This document shows, piece by piece, positions 40,009 through 49,873 of a stretch of 64,000 nucleotides of DNA. The notes under the pieces are model-generated. The model did no database searches. It worked only from the letters and a program-made list of their open reading frames with translations, and was not told where the DNA came from. The position numbers and the translations under genes are program-made. This stretch comes from Candidatus Pacearchaeota archaeon (GTDB lineage: Archaea > Nanobdellota > Nanobdellia > Pacearchaeales > GW2011-AR1), in the NCBI GenBank assembly GCA_050124795.1, contig JASFEO010000002.1, forward strand, positions 1 to 64,000, read 5' to 3'. Within the stretch, counting starts at the first letter, position 1. Each line of letters starts with the position of its first letter.

Positions 40009-41430
40009 CTATAAAAAACTAACAACCCAAAAGATCATTAAAACAAAAAGTATAAACAGGAAAAAATAAGTTGAAAACCTAAACCACCTCTCAGCTGTTT
40101 TTTCTTTTTTTGTTAAACTCAAAATTGTCAAATAGAAAAATCTGCCGCCGTCGAAAATTCCAACAGGAAGCATGTTAATCAAGGCAACACTAATGCTGAT
40201 TAAAACAACCCACCAAAGAAGATTATAAATAAATTCACTGGCTCCAAAACTTGGTTCATAATTTGTATAAGGCTCTTTAAACGAAGAAACCCTATCAACT
40301 AATTTGCCCATGACTCCTGTTCTTGTCCTGTCTGAAAAACCAATCCCAATATATGCTGCACCCTCCTTATCTGGGTTCTCTGCCAAAATTATCTCATAAA
40401 CCCCTTCAGTAGTTTCAACTTCAACTTCATCCCCCGGAGAATATTTCACAAGTTCATTTGTTAAATCCTCAAGACTATTAACTTTCTTATTATTAATTCC
40501 AGTAATTGCCCCTTTAATTTCCGCATTCACTGCCGGCGCATCATCAAACAAAATCAACTCTCCCTGCGCATCAAACAATTCCTTGTTTGCAGAATTGTTC
40601 AGCAAATCCATTGTAACTAAATAAGTTCCGCCTGTTGTCATAATTTTTGTAAGCCCGTCATTGTTTGCTAAATTCAAAACATCTGCATAACTTGGATTAC
40701 TAACTAAGACAGAATTAATAGACAAGATGCCTGAAACATCAACTGCAGAATACTGATAACTGTCAAACATAACTCCATGGGGGGTAAATGCAAAAGAGAA
40801 AAATCCAATTAAGATTATAAAAAATAAAATTGCAGTTATCACATTTGCAAAAGTTCCTGCAGATAAAACCGCCATTTGTTCAAAATTCTTTTTTTTCACC
40901 ATGCTCTTTTCATCCTGCTCAACAAATGCTGCTAAAAATATCGGAAAGAAAAAAGGAAAAAATCCAAAACCAGTTGACTTTATCTTTATGTTATATCTTT
41001 TCATTAAAATTCCATGCGCAAATTCATGAGTAATTGCAATTATAGCGAGGATAACAATCCAGTAAGTAAAATAAAAACTTGGTAGCCCCGGAACAACCTT
41101 GTCAATATAAGGAACAAGAGGAGTTATCGGCGGAACTTTTAAAGTCCTTACAACATCAGGACGAAAAACATAAATTTTCAAAATTGAATAAGCTAAATAA
41201 AACATCCCAATCATTAACAAGTATCCAGTTCCAATTGAAACATAACTCAAAAATTTCAGACTTCGTTTATATTTACTTCCCACATAATCAATTAACTTCA
41301 TTCCAAGTTTTGTTCTGTATAAATATAATAGACCTTCTCGCTTGAGATTCTTTCGATGAGTATAAAGAAAAATTCCAACAAACAACACAAATGCTGTAAG
41401 GAAAATCAAATCATAAACTACAAATGCCAT
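40009..41430 (-). CDS. Site-2 protease (M50) with PDZ-like insert
   Basis: HEFAH; AGTFAN; NMLPVGIFDGG. Confidence 0.92.
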   Translation of the reverse strand: MAFVVYDLIFLTAFVLFVGIFLYTHRKNLKREGLLYLYRTKLGMKLIDYVGSKYKRSLKFLSYVSIGTGYLLMIGMFYLAYSILKIYVFRPDVVRTLKVPPITPLVPYIDKVVPGLPSFYFTYWIVILAIIAITHEFAHGILMKRYNIKIKSTGFGFFPFFFPIFLAAFVEQDEKSMVKKKNFEQMAVLSAGTFANVITAILFFIILIGFFSFAFTPHGVMFDSYQYSAVDVSGILSINSVLVSNPSYADVLNLANNDGLTKIMTTGGTYLVTMDLLNNSANKELFDAQGELILFDDAPAVNAEIKGAITGINNKKVNSLEDLTNELVKYSPGDEVEVETTEGVYEIILAENPDKEGAAYIGIGFSDRTRTGVMGKLVDRVSSFKEPYTNYEPSFGASEFIYNLLWWVVLISISVALINMLPVGIFDGGRFFYLTILSLTKKEKTAERWFRFSTYFFLFILFVLMIFWVVSFL

Positions 41431-41476
41431 TTTATCACCTAAACTCTAACGAGAAGTTTATTTTTAAAAGTATCAG

Positions 41477-41638
41477 TTATTTTTTCTTTAAAGGTCGAAA
41501 AGCACTGCTCTTGCACTTTCTGCATTTTACTTTTCCTTTGAGAATCTTCTGAGGATCTGCTCTCATTTTAGCTTTGCATTTTTTGCAAACAAAAACATTC
41601 TTAAACATCCGATCTTGAGCTTCTGCAATCTTTGCCAT
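41477..41638 (-). CDS. rpl40e: 50S ribosomal protein eL40 (absent from the ORF track)
   Basis: MAKIAEA...VCKKCKAK...KCRKCKSSAFRPLKKK. Confidence 0.9.
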   Translation of the reverse strand: MAKIAEAQDRMFKNVFVCKKCKAKMRADPQKILKGKVKCRKCKSSAFRPLKKK

Positions 41639-41677
41639 AATTAAATTATGAGAATAAGGCTTTTAAAACTTTTTTAT

Positions 41678-42294
41678 TCATACTTTTTGATATTCTCTGT
41701 GGTTTAATATCTCTTTTGCAGTTGGGTAATGATTCCGGATTCTTTCAACTAAAGAAACAAATTTTTCTTTTGGTTTGATAATTTTATTTATAAAATTAGC
41801 CCCAACATAATAAAAAAAAGTATCCCCATTTTTCATACAAGAAATCAATTCTGAGTCATTTGTTTTTTCCCACTTTTTAAAAGAAGCTGAAACTCTAGAT
41901 TTATCCAAATAAGTATTTAAAACATCTTCACACCAAGTAAAACTAGTCTTTGATAAACAAAACTGAGATGAAGTAACCATAGCAACTCCTTCAAGTAATG
42001 TTAAATAAATCAGTTCTGCTTTGTTTCCTTTTCTTTTTGCATATTTATCTGCAGATATTATTTTATTAAATCCAAGATGATTCAATTCATGAGGGAACAC
42101 CCATCCTTTTAGAAGATCTCTCTTTTCAAGAGCCAACAATGGTTTTGTAAAAAATCAGGATGTGAGGAATCAATAAAACTTCCATCTGGTTTGTATAATT
42201 TTTTATCAAAAATAGTAATCTTCTCAGTTGCAGTTTCATCTAAGTCATTGTTATTTAGGGAATAATCTAAATCATCTTTATAAAATATCGCCAT
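41678..42294 (-). pseudogene. Probable frameshifted HExxH metallopeptidase-like gene
   Basis: Overlapping ORFs 42109-42294 and 41678-42139; HELNH...LEGVA motif. Confidence 0.5.
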
Positions 42295-42431
42295 CGAATA
42301 ATTTAATCTCCTTGAATCTAAAAATAAAAATCACTTAAATCAACCCATCCCAACTTATCATACTTATTAATTACACTATTTAAAGATTCTAAACAATCCT
42401 CATTTGTGATTTCCATTTTAATAAATAAATT

Positions 42432-42821
42432 TTACAACTTTCTCTTAACAATCCTCTCGCCTTCAATATCCCAATATTCAACATTTGAATTTTCTTCCAA
42501 AGTTGATTTGATCTCTACATCACATGGAACATCAATTGTCTCAAAGTTTTCCAAATCCATTACACTTATTGTTGAGTCTCCAATTGATAGCACCTGCGCT
42601 TTTCTTTTGTCAACATTTGGCACTTCTAATCTATCATGGCCCGGGATAACAAAAACTTTTTTATTTCCATCAATTATTCCAACAGCTTCAATCCTTGCCT
42701 TTGCATGACCATGTTTTCCTGTTTTAGAAATATCAATCTTTTTTACAACACAGGGCTTGCCATCAACTAAAATATTTGTTCCAACCCTTGCCTCTGTTGC
42801 ATTAATAATTTTCAACACCAT
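42432..42821 (-). CDS. eif5a: Translation factor aIF5A
   Basis: SKTGKHGHAK hypusine motif. Confidence 0.96.
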   Translation of the reverse strand: MVLKIINATEARVGTNILVDGKPCVVKKIDISKTGKHGHAKARIEAVGIIDGNKKVFVIPGHDRLEVPNVDKRKAQVLSIGDSTISVMDLENFETIDVPCDVEIKSTLEENSNVEYWDIEGERIVKRKL

Positions 42822-42928
42822 AAAAAAATCAAGAAAATTTAGTTTATAAAATTTTAGGAAGTTTTTGATAAATAAAAAACTTTTTTTCAGAAAAATTTAA
42901 ATACTACTTATTACTACTTAATACTACA

Positions 42929-43156
42929 ATGGAAAATATCAGTCTTAAACTTGAACCGAAATTTTTAATTGCAATAAATAAGGTAATGAAGAAACACCAC
43001 TATATGACCAAGGCGGAGTTCATCAGAGAGGCTCTTAGAGATAAGATAAAAATACTGGAAGAAAAGGAAATCCTAAATGATAAAGAACTAATGTCCCAGA
43101 TTAAAGCAAGCGAAAAAAATATTAAGAAGGGAAAATTAAAGGAATTTGAATATTAG
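42929..43156 (+). CDS. Ribbon-helix-helix (CopG) protein, solitary antitoxin-like
   Basis: ISLKL...TKAEFIREALRDKI. Confidence 0.8.
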   Translation: MENISLKLEPKFLIAINKVMKKHHYMTKAEFIREALRDKIKILEEKEILNDKELMSQIKASEKNIKKGKLKEFEY

Positions 43157-43165
43157 TAAATTATT

Positions 43166-43184
43166 TTCGCGCCAAAGGCGCGAA
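43166..43184. other. Perfect GC-rich hairpin
   Basis: TTCGCGCC-AAA-GGCGCGAA. Confidence 0.7.
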
Positions 43185-43261
43185 TAAAAACATTTTTAAT
43201 AACTATTTTAAAAAAGTAACAAAACAAAAGATTTAAATAATTTGATTTTTCTGTAAATTTT

Positions 43262-43915
43262 ATGAAAACAAACAAACCTCTTGTTAAGCGAGTTGAACTT
43301 GTGACAATTGAAGGTCATGATGAAATATCTGATGTCCTATATAGAGAAGAAAATGCAACTTACAGACTATATGACAATTTAACTAAACCAATGACTTTGC
43401 CTGAACTCTCAAAATATTCTGCAAAAGAAAAAGAAAAAGGAAATCCTTATGTTCCTAATTCTGAAGAATTGTGGAGTGTCTTTACTGCAATTGCAAATTC
43501 AGAAAACCCTGAACTTATTTCAAGAGTTAGAGATGAATTAAGAGGCAAATGGATAAGAACATTAACTGCAATTGACTGGTATTCAAATAGAAATTCAAGA
43601 GTTATTCATAATGTCAAAACTCCAGATGCTTATTTTAAACAAAGAAAAGTACTCGGTGAAGATGGGTTTATCCATCAAGTTAAATCTAAAAAACTTCTTG
43701 AAAATGTTCTTGGAACAAATAATGTGAAGAAGATCAATAGTGTTTCTCAAAAAATAAATCAAACTCCAATGTATCAATGGAGAATAAATTCTAAACCTGA
43801 TAAAAAACTTAGAACAAGTGTGGAGCTCTACGCGGGTTCCGGCAGGTTGTTCCTGGATTGCGGCGGGGATCCCTTGGATGAGTGTCCTGCTTTCCGGGTA
43901 TTAAGAGTTGATTAA
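43262..43915 (+). CDS. DGR target protein 2
   Basis: C-terminus SVELYAGSGRLFLDCGGDPLDECPAFRVL is encoded by VR2. Confidence 0.9.
   Translation: MKTNKPLVKRVELVTIEGHDEISDVLYREENATYRLYDNLTKPMTLPELSKYSAKEKEKGNPYVPNSEELWSVFTAIANSENPELISRVRDELRGKWIRTLTAIDWYSNRNSRVIHNVKTPDAYFKQRKVLGEDGFIHQVKSKKLLENVLGTNNVKKINSVSQKINQTPMYQWRINSKPDKKLRTSVELYAGSGRLFLDCGGDPLDECPAFRVLRVD
43816..43900 (+). repeat. DGR variable repeat VR2
   Basis: 85-bp ungapped match to 44230-44314; 15 mismatches, all at TR adenines. Confidence 0.95.
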
Positions 43916-44229
43916 GTCTGACTGCATTGCTCGCTAGACATTGTTGAACCTAACTCTTTATTTTGTCGCGAAGCGCGAAAAATTTTTAAGAGACGCTTTC
44001 TTAATCTTTTTGCCCAGAAGAGTTTTTTCGTTTGAGAAGCGAGAGAACTTAATGGACTACACGCCGGTTAATCAGCGCATTATTAAGGTTTATTTTAAGC
44101 CATGAAATTCAACAGCGACAATTAGTAGCAATAAAAGTGAAAATCTGAAGTTGTGGTGCTTCCCTTGAAATCTCTTCATGGATTTCATTTGCCAGAAGAT
44201 CTCTTTTAGAGAAGATTAATTGGCTATAA

Positions 44230-44314
44230 AAGTGTGGAGCTCAACGCGAATTCCGACAGGTTGAACCTGAATTGCAACAGGAATCCCTTGAATGAGTATC
44301 CTGCTTTCCGAATA
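44230..44314 (+). ncRNA. DGR template repeat TR2 (no adjacent RT)
   Basis: AAC/AAT-rich copy of VR2; AATTGGCTA upstream and AATAGTTTA at its 3' end, as for TR1. Confidence 0.95.
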
Positions 44315-44387
44315 GTTTACTGGGCATTTTTTAATCTGCGCAGCATATTATCGAAGGATTTTTAAGCATAATTTTTCTAAAAATTCT

Positions 44388-45053
44388 ATGAAACTAAACA
44401 AAGGCGACTTTATTGAAATAAAATTCACAGGAAAAATTAAAGACACAGATGAAATCTTTGATTCAAATGTTGAAGAAGATATAAAAAAATCAGGACTAAA
44501 TTTAAAATCAGAACCTTTTATTTTTGCTTTAGGTGAAGACATGTTCTTAAAAGGAGTTGATGAGTTTTTAATTGATAAAGACTTAGGAGAATATTCTGTA
44601 GAACTCTCTCCTGAAAAAGCATTTGGAAAAAGAGATTCAAAATTAATCAACATGGTTCCTTCAAAAGTTTTCAAAGAGCAAAAACTAAACCCTTTCCCTG
44701 GCGCAGTCTTTAACTTCGACGGACGAATGGCAAAAGTCCTGTCTGTTTCAGGCGGAAGAGTCATGGTTGACTTCAACAATCCAATAGCAGGAAAAGTTGT
44801 AAAATATAATTTAAAAGTTCTAAGAAAAATTGAAGACATAAATGAAAAAATAAAATCACTAAATAATTTCTTTTTTAGAAAAGACTTTAAGTTTGAAACA
44901 AAAGACAAAAAATTAATTATCAATGCTGACAAGCCATATATCAAATTCATTGAAATGTTTAAAGATAAATATAAAGAAATTCTCAATTTAGATTTAGAAG
45001 TTAGGGAAGTTGAAATTAAGCAGGAAACAAAATCTGAAACCCAATCACAATAA
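44388..45053 (+). CDS. slyD: FKBP-type peptidyl-prolyl isomerase (SlyD-like)
   Basis: PEKAFGKRD; GGRVMVDFNNPIAGK. Confidence 0.9.
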   Translation: MKLNKGDFIEIKFTGKIKDTDEIFDSNVEEDIKKSGLNLKSEPFIFALGEDMFLKGVDEFLIDKDLGEYSVELSPEKAFGKRDSKLINMVPSKVFKEQKLNPFPGAVFNFDGRMAKVLSVSGGRVMVDFNNPIAGKVVKYNLKVLRKIEDINEKIKSLNNFFFRKDFKFETKDKKLIINADKPYIKFIEMFKDKYKEILNLDLEVREVEIKQETKSETQSQ

Positions 45054-45152
45054 TTCTTTTTACATAATAAAAGAATATCCCCGATTCTCACAAAATAAAT
45101 CATTGCGAAGCACTGCAATAATCCTTATAAACAATATAATTTTTAATTCTTC

Positions 45153-46256
45153 ATGGAAGAGATTTACCAAAGAGAGGAAAGTTTTATTTCTGCTCAATCA
45201 TCTGAATTAAAAGATATTGATAGGGAACTTGCAGAGTTATTAAAAAAGCAAACAGCAAAAATAAAAGTTATTGGCTGCGGAGGCGGAGGAGGAAATTCAC
45301 TCTCGCGAATGAGAGAAATTGGAATTAAAGGAGGAGAATTAATTGCAATTAATACAGATGCTCAGGATTTACTTTATGCAAATGCAGACCAGAAAATTTT
45401 AATTGGAAAAGAATTAACTCAGGGATTAGGTGCAGGAAGCAATCCAAAAATCGGGCAAGAAGCTGCAAAAGAGTCTGAGTCAGAAATAAAAAAGAAAATT
45501 GCAAATTCAGATATGATTTTCATAACCTGCGGATTTGGAGGAGGAACCGGAACTGGTTCTGCACCGGAAGTCGCAAAACTCGCAAAAAAACAAGGAGCAC
45601 TAACTATTGGCGTCGTGACTTTGCCGTTCACAATTGAAGGAAGAAAAAGAATTGAAAATGCAATGGACGGACTCGAAAGAATGGAATCAGTTGTTGACAC
45701 CTTAATTGTAATTCCAAATGATAAACTTCTGGAACTAGCGCCAGACTTGCCCTTGCACACAGCTTTTAAAATTGCCGACGAAATTCTAACAAACGCAGTA
45801 AAAGGAATAACTGAACTTGTAACAACTTCTGGTTTAGTGAATTTGGATTTTGCAGATGTAAAAGCAGTAATGGTTGGCGGAGGAGTTTCATTAATCGGAA
45901 TGGGTGAATCAGATACAGAACAAAGAGCAATTGACGCAGTTGAAAAAGCAATACAAAATCCCTTGCTTGACGTCGACATTTCAAACGCAACTGGTTCATT
46001 AGTAAATATAATCGGCGGACCAAACATGAGTTTAGATGAATGCAAAGCAATAATCGAGCACATCGGTGAAAGGCTTTCTCCAGATGCAAAATTAATCTGG
46101 GGAGCGCAAATCGCAGAAGACATGGAAAAGTCAATCAGAGTTTTATTAATTGTAACCGGTGTGAAATCCTCGCAAATTTTAGGTCACGGAGAATCAATTG
46201 ACAACATAAAACACAAAGAAATCGAAGAAGAATTGGGAATAGAGTTTTATGAATAA
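45153..46256 (+). CDS. ftsZ: Cell division protein FtsZ
   Basis: GGGTGTG; INTDAQ; VNLDFADV. Confidence 0.98.
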   Translation: MEEIYQREESFISAQSSELKDIDRELAELLKKQTAKIKVIGCGGGGGNSLSRMREIGIKGGELIAINTDAQDLLYANADQKILIGKELTQGLGAGSNPKIGQEAAKESESEIKKKIANSDMIFITCGFGGGTGTGSAPEVAKLAKKQGALTIGVVTLPFTIEGRKRIENAMDGLERMESVVDTLIVIPNDKLLELAPDLPLHTAFKIADEILTNAVKGITELVTTSGLVNLDFADVKAVMVGGGVSLIGMGESDTEQRAIDAVEKAIQNPLLDVDISNATGSLVNIIGGPNMSLDECKAIIEHIGERLSPDAKLIWGAQIAEDMEKSIRVLLIVTGVKSSQILGHGESIDNIKHKEIEEELGIEFYE

Positions 46257-46257
46257 A

Positions 46258-46593
46258 ATGACAAAAGAAATTAAGGGACAAAAAGAATTTAATGAATACT
46301 TAGAAAGAATACCTACAAAAGACAATCCTTTTGAATGTCCTAATTTGAGAGTTTTGCCTGAAGATATTAATTTCAGAGACAATATAATCTGCAGTCATGA
46401 TTATTCAGAAGGAACTTTAATTTGTAAAAATTCATCTGAATTGGATGGTCATGCAATGTTAGACCATTATTGTGGAGTTTTTGGAAGAGTTTATACTAGA
46501 AACGGAAAAATATTTGTTGGATATAATTCTCATAAAAGAAAAACTCTTGAAATAGAAATTAAAATATTAAATTTAGCTAATGGTAAAAAATAA
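46258..46593 (+). CDS. Orphan ORF coupled to ftsZ
   Basis: TAAAATG junction; Cys/His-containing. Confidence 0.65.
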   Translation: MTKEIKGQKEFNEYLERIPTKDNPFECPNLRVLPEDINFRDNIICSHDYSEGTLICKNSSELDGHAMLDHYCGVFGRVYTRNGKIFVGYNSHKRKTLEIEIKILNLANGKK

Positions 46594-46807
46594 TTACGGA
46601 TTTAGTACAAGTAAATCAAGATACAGAAATAGAGGAGATAATGGAAGCAGTAAAAATCGCGACCCAACGCAAAAAGTTTATGAAATAATTAATGAAATTA
46701 CTTCTCCTAAAAATCCAAAAGACCTTTTATTTGGATTTGGGCATAAAGTAATTAATGGAAATTCTCTCGAAGGAATTACAACTGCAACAACTTCAGAGAA
46801 AAAATAG
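46580..46807 (+). CDS. Orphan ORF
   Basis: Overlaps the upstream orphan. Confidence 0.55.
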   Translation: MVKNNYGFSTSKSRYRNRGDNGSSKNRDPTQKVYEIINEITSPKNPKDLLFGFGHKVINGNSLEGITTATTSEKK

Positions 46808-46848
46808 AGAATACAAATTTTTAAAAATAGCTTTTTTCTTCAAAAATT

Positions 46849-47166
46849 ATGCAGGTAAAAGGAAAATATTTTTTAGAACAGGTTTCTGAAAGCGAAGCAG
46901 AACATTTGAAAAAACAATTTTCAAGAAAAAAGAAAACCCCTATTTCAAGGGGAGGGGACGTCGATTTAACGAAATTCATTTTAGGATACAGCCCTTCTTC
47001 AGAAGTTTTTGAAGTTTTTCAGAGGAATGGAGACAAACAAAGACATAGAATAATCACAGAATCTTCTCTCGAGGCTGATTTAATACAAAAAGTTCTTATT
47101 GATCTACTTAATGAATGTAGGGAATCTCACGCAGATCAAGATTATGTTAAGAATTATATTTTTTAA
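46849..47166 (+). CDS. Orphan ORF
   Basis: ORF only. Confidence 0.6.
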   Translation: MQVKGKYFLEQVSESEAEHLKKQFSRKKKTPISRGGDVDLTKFILGYSPSSEVFEVFQRNGDKQRHRIITESSLEADLIQKVLIDLLNECRESHADQDYVKNYIF

Positions 47167-47211
47167 ACTCAAAATCAAATATTTTAAAAACTCCGAATTT
47201 CTTTATTTATC

Positions 47212-47391
47212 ATGGCAAAATTATTAACCCAAACAAAATCATTTTTTCTAAAATGCAAACGTGTTTGGCATATCATGAAAAAACCCTCGAAAAAAGAATA
47301 CACAACAATCGCCAAAGTCTCTGCAATCGGCATCGGAGTTTTAGGAATCCTGGGTTTTGCAATCTCAATCATCATGAATGTTTTCAAATAA
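47212..47391 (+). CDS. secE: Protein translocase subunit SecE (absent from the ORF track)
   Basis: RVWHIMKKPSKKEY...IGIGVLGILGF; lies between ftsZ and spt5. Confidence 0.92.
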   Translation: MAKLLTQTKSFFLKCKRVWHIMKKPSKKEYTTIAKVSAIGIGVLGILGFAISIIMNVFK

Positions 47392-47500
47392 AAAGTTTTA
47401 TAAACCTAAAATTTTAACTAATTACATCTTTCTAAGATTGTTTAAGTCTTAGACGGAGCTAAAGAAAAAATAAATAAAGAATGAAACATTCCAAACTAAG

Positions 47501-47956
47501 ATGATTTTCATAATAAAAGTAACAACAAACAAAGAAGAACGAGCACTTGACATGATTGCAGACCGCTCTGAGAAAAAACAATTAAGAGTTTATTCTGTTT
47601 CGCGCCCCTTTGGTCTTCGTGGCTACATCTTGCTCGAGGCTGAAGACAGGGAATCTGCCGAAGAAGCAGTTTTCAATCTGCCTTATGTAAAAGGGATAAT
47701 CGGAAAAACAATTGAATACGACGAAATAAAAGGAATGGTGGAACCAACTGCAGCAACAGTATCAATCAAAGAAGGCGACATTGTCGAAATCCTGGCAGAC
47801 TCATTTAAAAAAGAAAAAGCAAAAGTTTTAAGAATAGACAAGCAAAAAGAAAAAGTAGTTGTGAGTTTGTTAGGCGCAGTAGTGCCCCTGCCGGTAACAA
47901 TCAATTTAGACAGTGTAAAAGTTATCAGACGTGAAGGAGAAGAAGACAATGAATAG
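47501..47956 (+). CDS. spt5: Transcription elongation factor Spt5/NusG
   Basis: LRGYILLEA; KOW motif EGDIVEI. Confidence 0.93.
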   Translation: MIFIIKVTTNKEERALDMIADRSEKKQLRVYSVSRPFGLRGYILLEAEDRESAEEAVFNLPYVKGIIGKTIEYDEIKGMVEPTAATVSIKEGDIVEILADSFKKEKAKVLRIDKQKEKVVVSLLGAVVPLPVTINLDSVKVIRREGEEDNE

Positions 47957-48152
47957 ATTAATAAGATTTTATAATGAGAAAATAAGATTGCCTATTCTAG
48001 AAGAGAGAATCTACGGAATTGAATCAAGAATAGAATCTGAAGAATTAAATGGTCCAAAAAGAAATTTCGCATACATAGATTCTTTATCTGACCTGCTTAA
48101 TGGATTAAAACAAAGGAAAAATAAATTAAAACAAGGATTAGAAATTAATTAA
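47949..48152 (+). CDS. Interleaved orphan ORF (Spt5/L11)
   Basis: 8-nt overlap with the spt5 stop. Confidence 0.6.
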   Translation: MNRLIRFYNEKIRLPILEERIYGIESRIESEELNGPKRNFAYIDSLSDLLNGLKQRKNKLKQGLEIN

Positions 48153-48278
48153 AATGAAAAATCAACTAATTAAATACTGGAAACCTCATCTTGTGCGATT
48201 TTCGGCGGAGGCAATTAAAAAAATCGCTTCACCGGAACAAGAAGGGAGATTCCAAAGAACCGCTTAGGTTCTTTTGAT

Positions 48279-48905
48279 ATGCAAATTAAAATTTTAGCAG
48301 AAGGCGCAAGCATGAAACCAGGACCAGCACTTTCTCAAAAACTTGGACCAGCTGGAATAAACATAGGACAAGTTATCTCAAAAGTTAATGACGCTACAAA
48401 AAATTTCAAAGGAATGAAAGTCCCTGTTGAGCTTGATGTTAATCCAACAACAAAAGATTTTGAAGTCCGGGTTTTCTCACCTCCTGTTTCAGAACTATTA
48501 AAAAAAGAATTAAAAATTGAAAAAGGTTCAGGAGAACAGGCGCAGGTTAAAGTTGCAAATGCCTCAATCGAGGACATAATAAAAGTCGCAATAACAAAAT
48601 TCCCAAACATGCTCTGCAATAATTTAAAAACTGCTGTTAAAACTGTTGCAGGAAGTTGCGTAAGCTTAGGAATTTTAATTGAAAACAAAACTGCATCAGA
48701 AATTGAACAAGATATTGAAGACGGGAAATTTGATAAAGAAATAAATTCTGAAAAAACAGAAACTGAAACAGAGAAGAGAAAAGAGCTTGATGAATTTTTT
48801 TCTAAAGTAAAAGGTGAGCAGGATAAAGTAATAAAACAAAAAGAAGCAGCTAAAGCCGCTGAAGCAGAAAAAGATGAAAAGAAAGCTGAAAAAGCTAAGA
48901 AATAA
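48279..48905 (+). CDS. rpl11: 50S ribosomal protein uL11
   Basis: PGPALSQKLGPAGIN; FKGMKVPV; GSCVSLG. Confidence 0.96.
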   Translation: MQIKILAEGASMKPGPALSQKLGPAGINIGQVISKVNDATKNFKGMKVPVELDVNPTTKDFEVRVFSPPVSELLKKELKIEKGSGEQAQVKVANASIEDIIKVAITKFPNMLCNNLKTAVKTVAGSCVSLGILIENKTASEIEQDIEDGKFDKEINSEKTETETEKRKELDEFFSKVKGEQDKVIKQKEAAKAAEAEKDEKKAEKAKK

Positions 48906-48953
48906 TTTTATAATAAAGTTTTTAAGGAGATATAGGATTGTTTATTTAATATT

Positions 48954-49026
48954 GGGGATATGGGGTAGCCTGGTAGCCTTTCAGGTTTGGGACCTGACGA
49001 CCGCGGTTCAAATCCGCGTATCCCCA
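48954..49026 (+). tRNA. tRNA-Pro(TGG)
   Basis: GGGGATA/TATCCCC acceptor, TCAGG-TTTGGGA-CCTGA anticodon arm, GGTTCAAATCC. Confidence 0.95.
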
Positions 49027-49105
49027 TTTTTAATATTCAACTTCGTTGAATATTTTATTTCTGTGCGGTGTTTGCGTAACTCAAGAACAATTAATCCTCA
49101 AATCC

Positions 49106-49179
49106 CGAGCAATTACGTGGTAGAAGTCCAAAACATTCAAAATAAAAAACTAAAAACTTCGTGCGTGATTGGGAGTTAG
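49106..49179 (+). other. Structured element homologous to the insertion in the DGR RT genes
   Basis: Arms match 1152-1172 (18/21) and 1217-1239 (19/23) with compensatory changes. Confidence 0.65.
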
Positions 49180-49253
49180 TATCCACCTTTATCGCAAATT
49201 GAAAATTTTTCTTAACAATAACCTTTAAAAACCAATTTCTAATCTTTATAATA

Positions 49254-49415
49254 ATGGCAAAACAAACTATTTATGGAGATGAGAATCTTAGTTACACAGT
49301 TAAGGCAAAAGATATGTCTCCTATAATCGACGGAATCTACATGCACTTGCCTTCAGAAAGAATCTGCGCTCTTGACAAAAGAATGAAAGACGGAGAATTA
49401 AAATTACGAGAGTAA
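49254..49415 (+). CDS. Small orphan ORF (53 aa) upstream of rpl37ae
   Basis: MAKQTIYGDEN...ELKLRE*. Confidence 0.5.
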   Translation: MAKQTIYGDENLSYTVKAKDMSPIIDGIYMHLPSERICALDKRMKDGELKLRE

Positions 49416-49421
49416 ATTAAT

Positions 49422-49640
49422 ATGCCCACTAAATTAAAAAAAACAAAATCAGCAGGAAGGTTCGGTGCAAAACACGGAATCAGAGTAAGAAAAAAATTAG
49501 TTAAAGTAGAGGAAAAACAAAGAATTAAACAAAAATGCCCATTTTGCGAAAAGCTTGGTGTCAAGAGATTATCAAAAGGAATCTGGCACTGCAAAAAATG
49601 CAATAAAAAATTCGCAAGCGGCGCATACACAGTCGATTAA
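49422..49640 (+). CDS. rpl37ae: 50S ribosomal protein eL43 (L37ae)
   Basis: GRFGAKHG; CPFC; GIWHCKKC; ASGAY. Confidence 0.96.
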   Translation: MPTKLKKTKSAGRFGAKHGIRVRKKLVKVEEKQRIKQKCPFCEKLGVKRLSKGIWHCKKCNKKFASGAYTVD

Positions 49641-49641
49641 A

Positions 49642-49872
49642 ATGGCAACAGAACAACAAATTGAATATGCAAGTGATTTTGTTAGTTGCATTGAGCACAT
49701 AAAAGAAACTAAGGGGAAGGCTCCTAGATGGGCTACACAATGTAATATTGGGTATGCAAGAAGATGTTATGCTAAAATCAACGAGATAAAAAGTATTGTT
49801 GTTGGAACTAGTTTAAAAGAATTAAATGCTCTTGAAAAGGAATTCAATTGGGAGGAAACAAAAATTAATTAA
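49642..49872 (+). CDS. Interleaved orphan ORF (L37ae/RpoP)
   Basis: Flanked by the 13-bp direct repeat ATTAAAATGGCAA. Confidence 0.75.
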   Translation: MATEQQIEYASDFVSCIEHIKETKGKAPRWATQCNIGYARRCYAKINEIKSIVVGTSLKELNALEKEFNWEETKIN

Positions 49873-49873
49873 A

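Noticed and set aside
44348-46134. Long antisense ORFs opposite slyD, ftsZ and many r-protein genes
   Set aside because: Shadow frames of strongly supported genes, with Phe/Ser/Leu-rich composition mirroring Lys/Glu codons.
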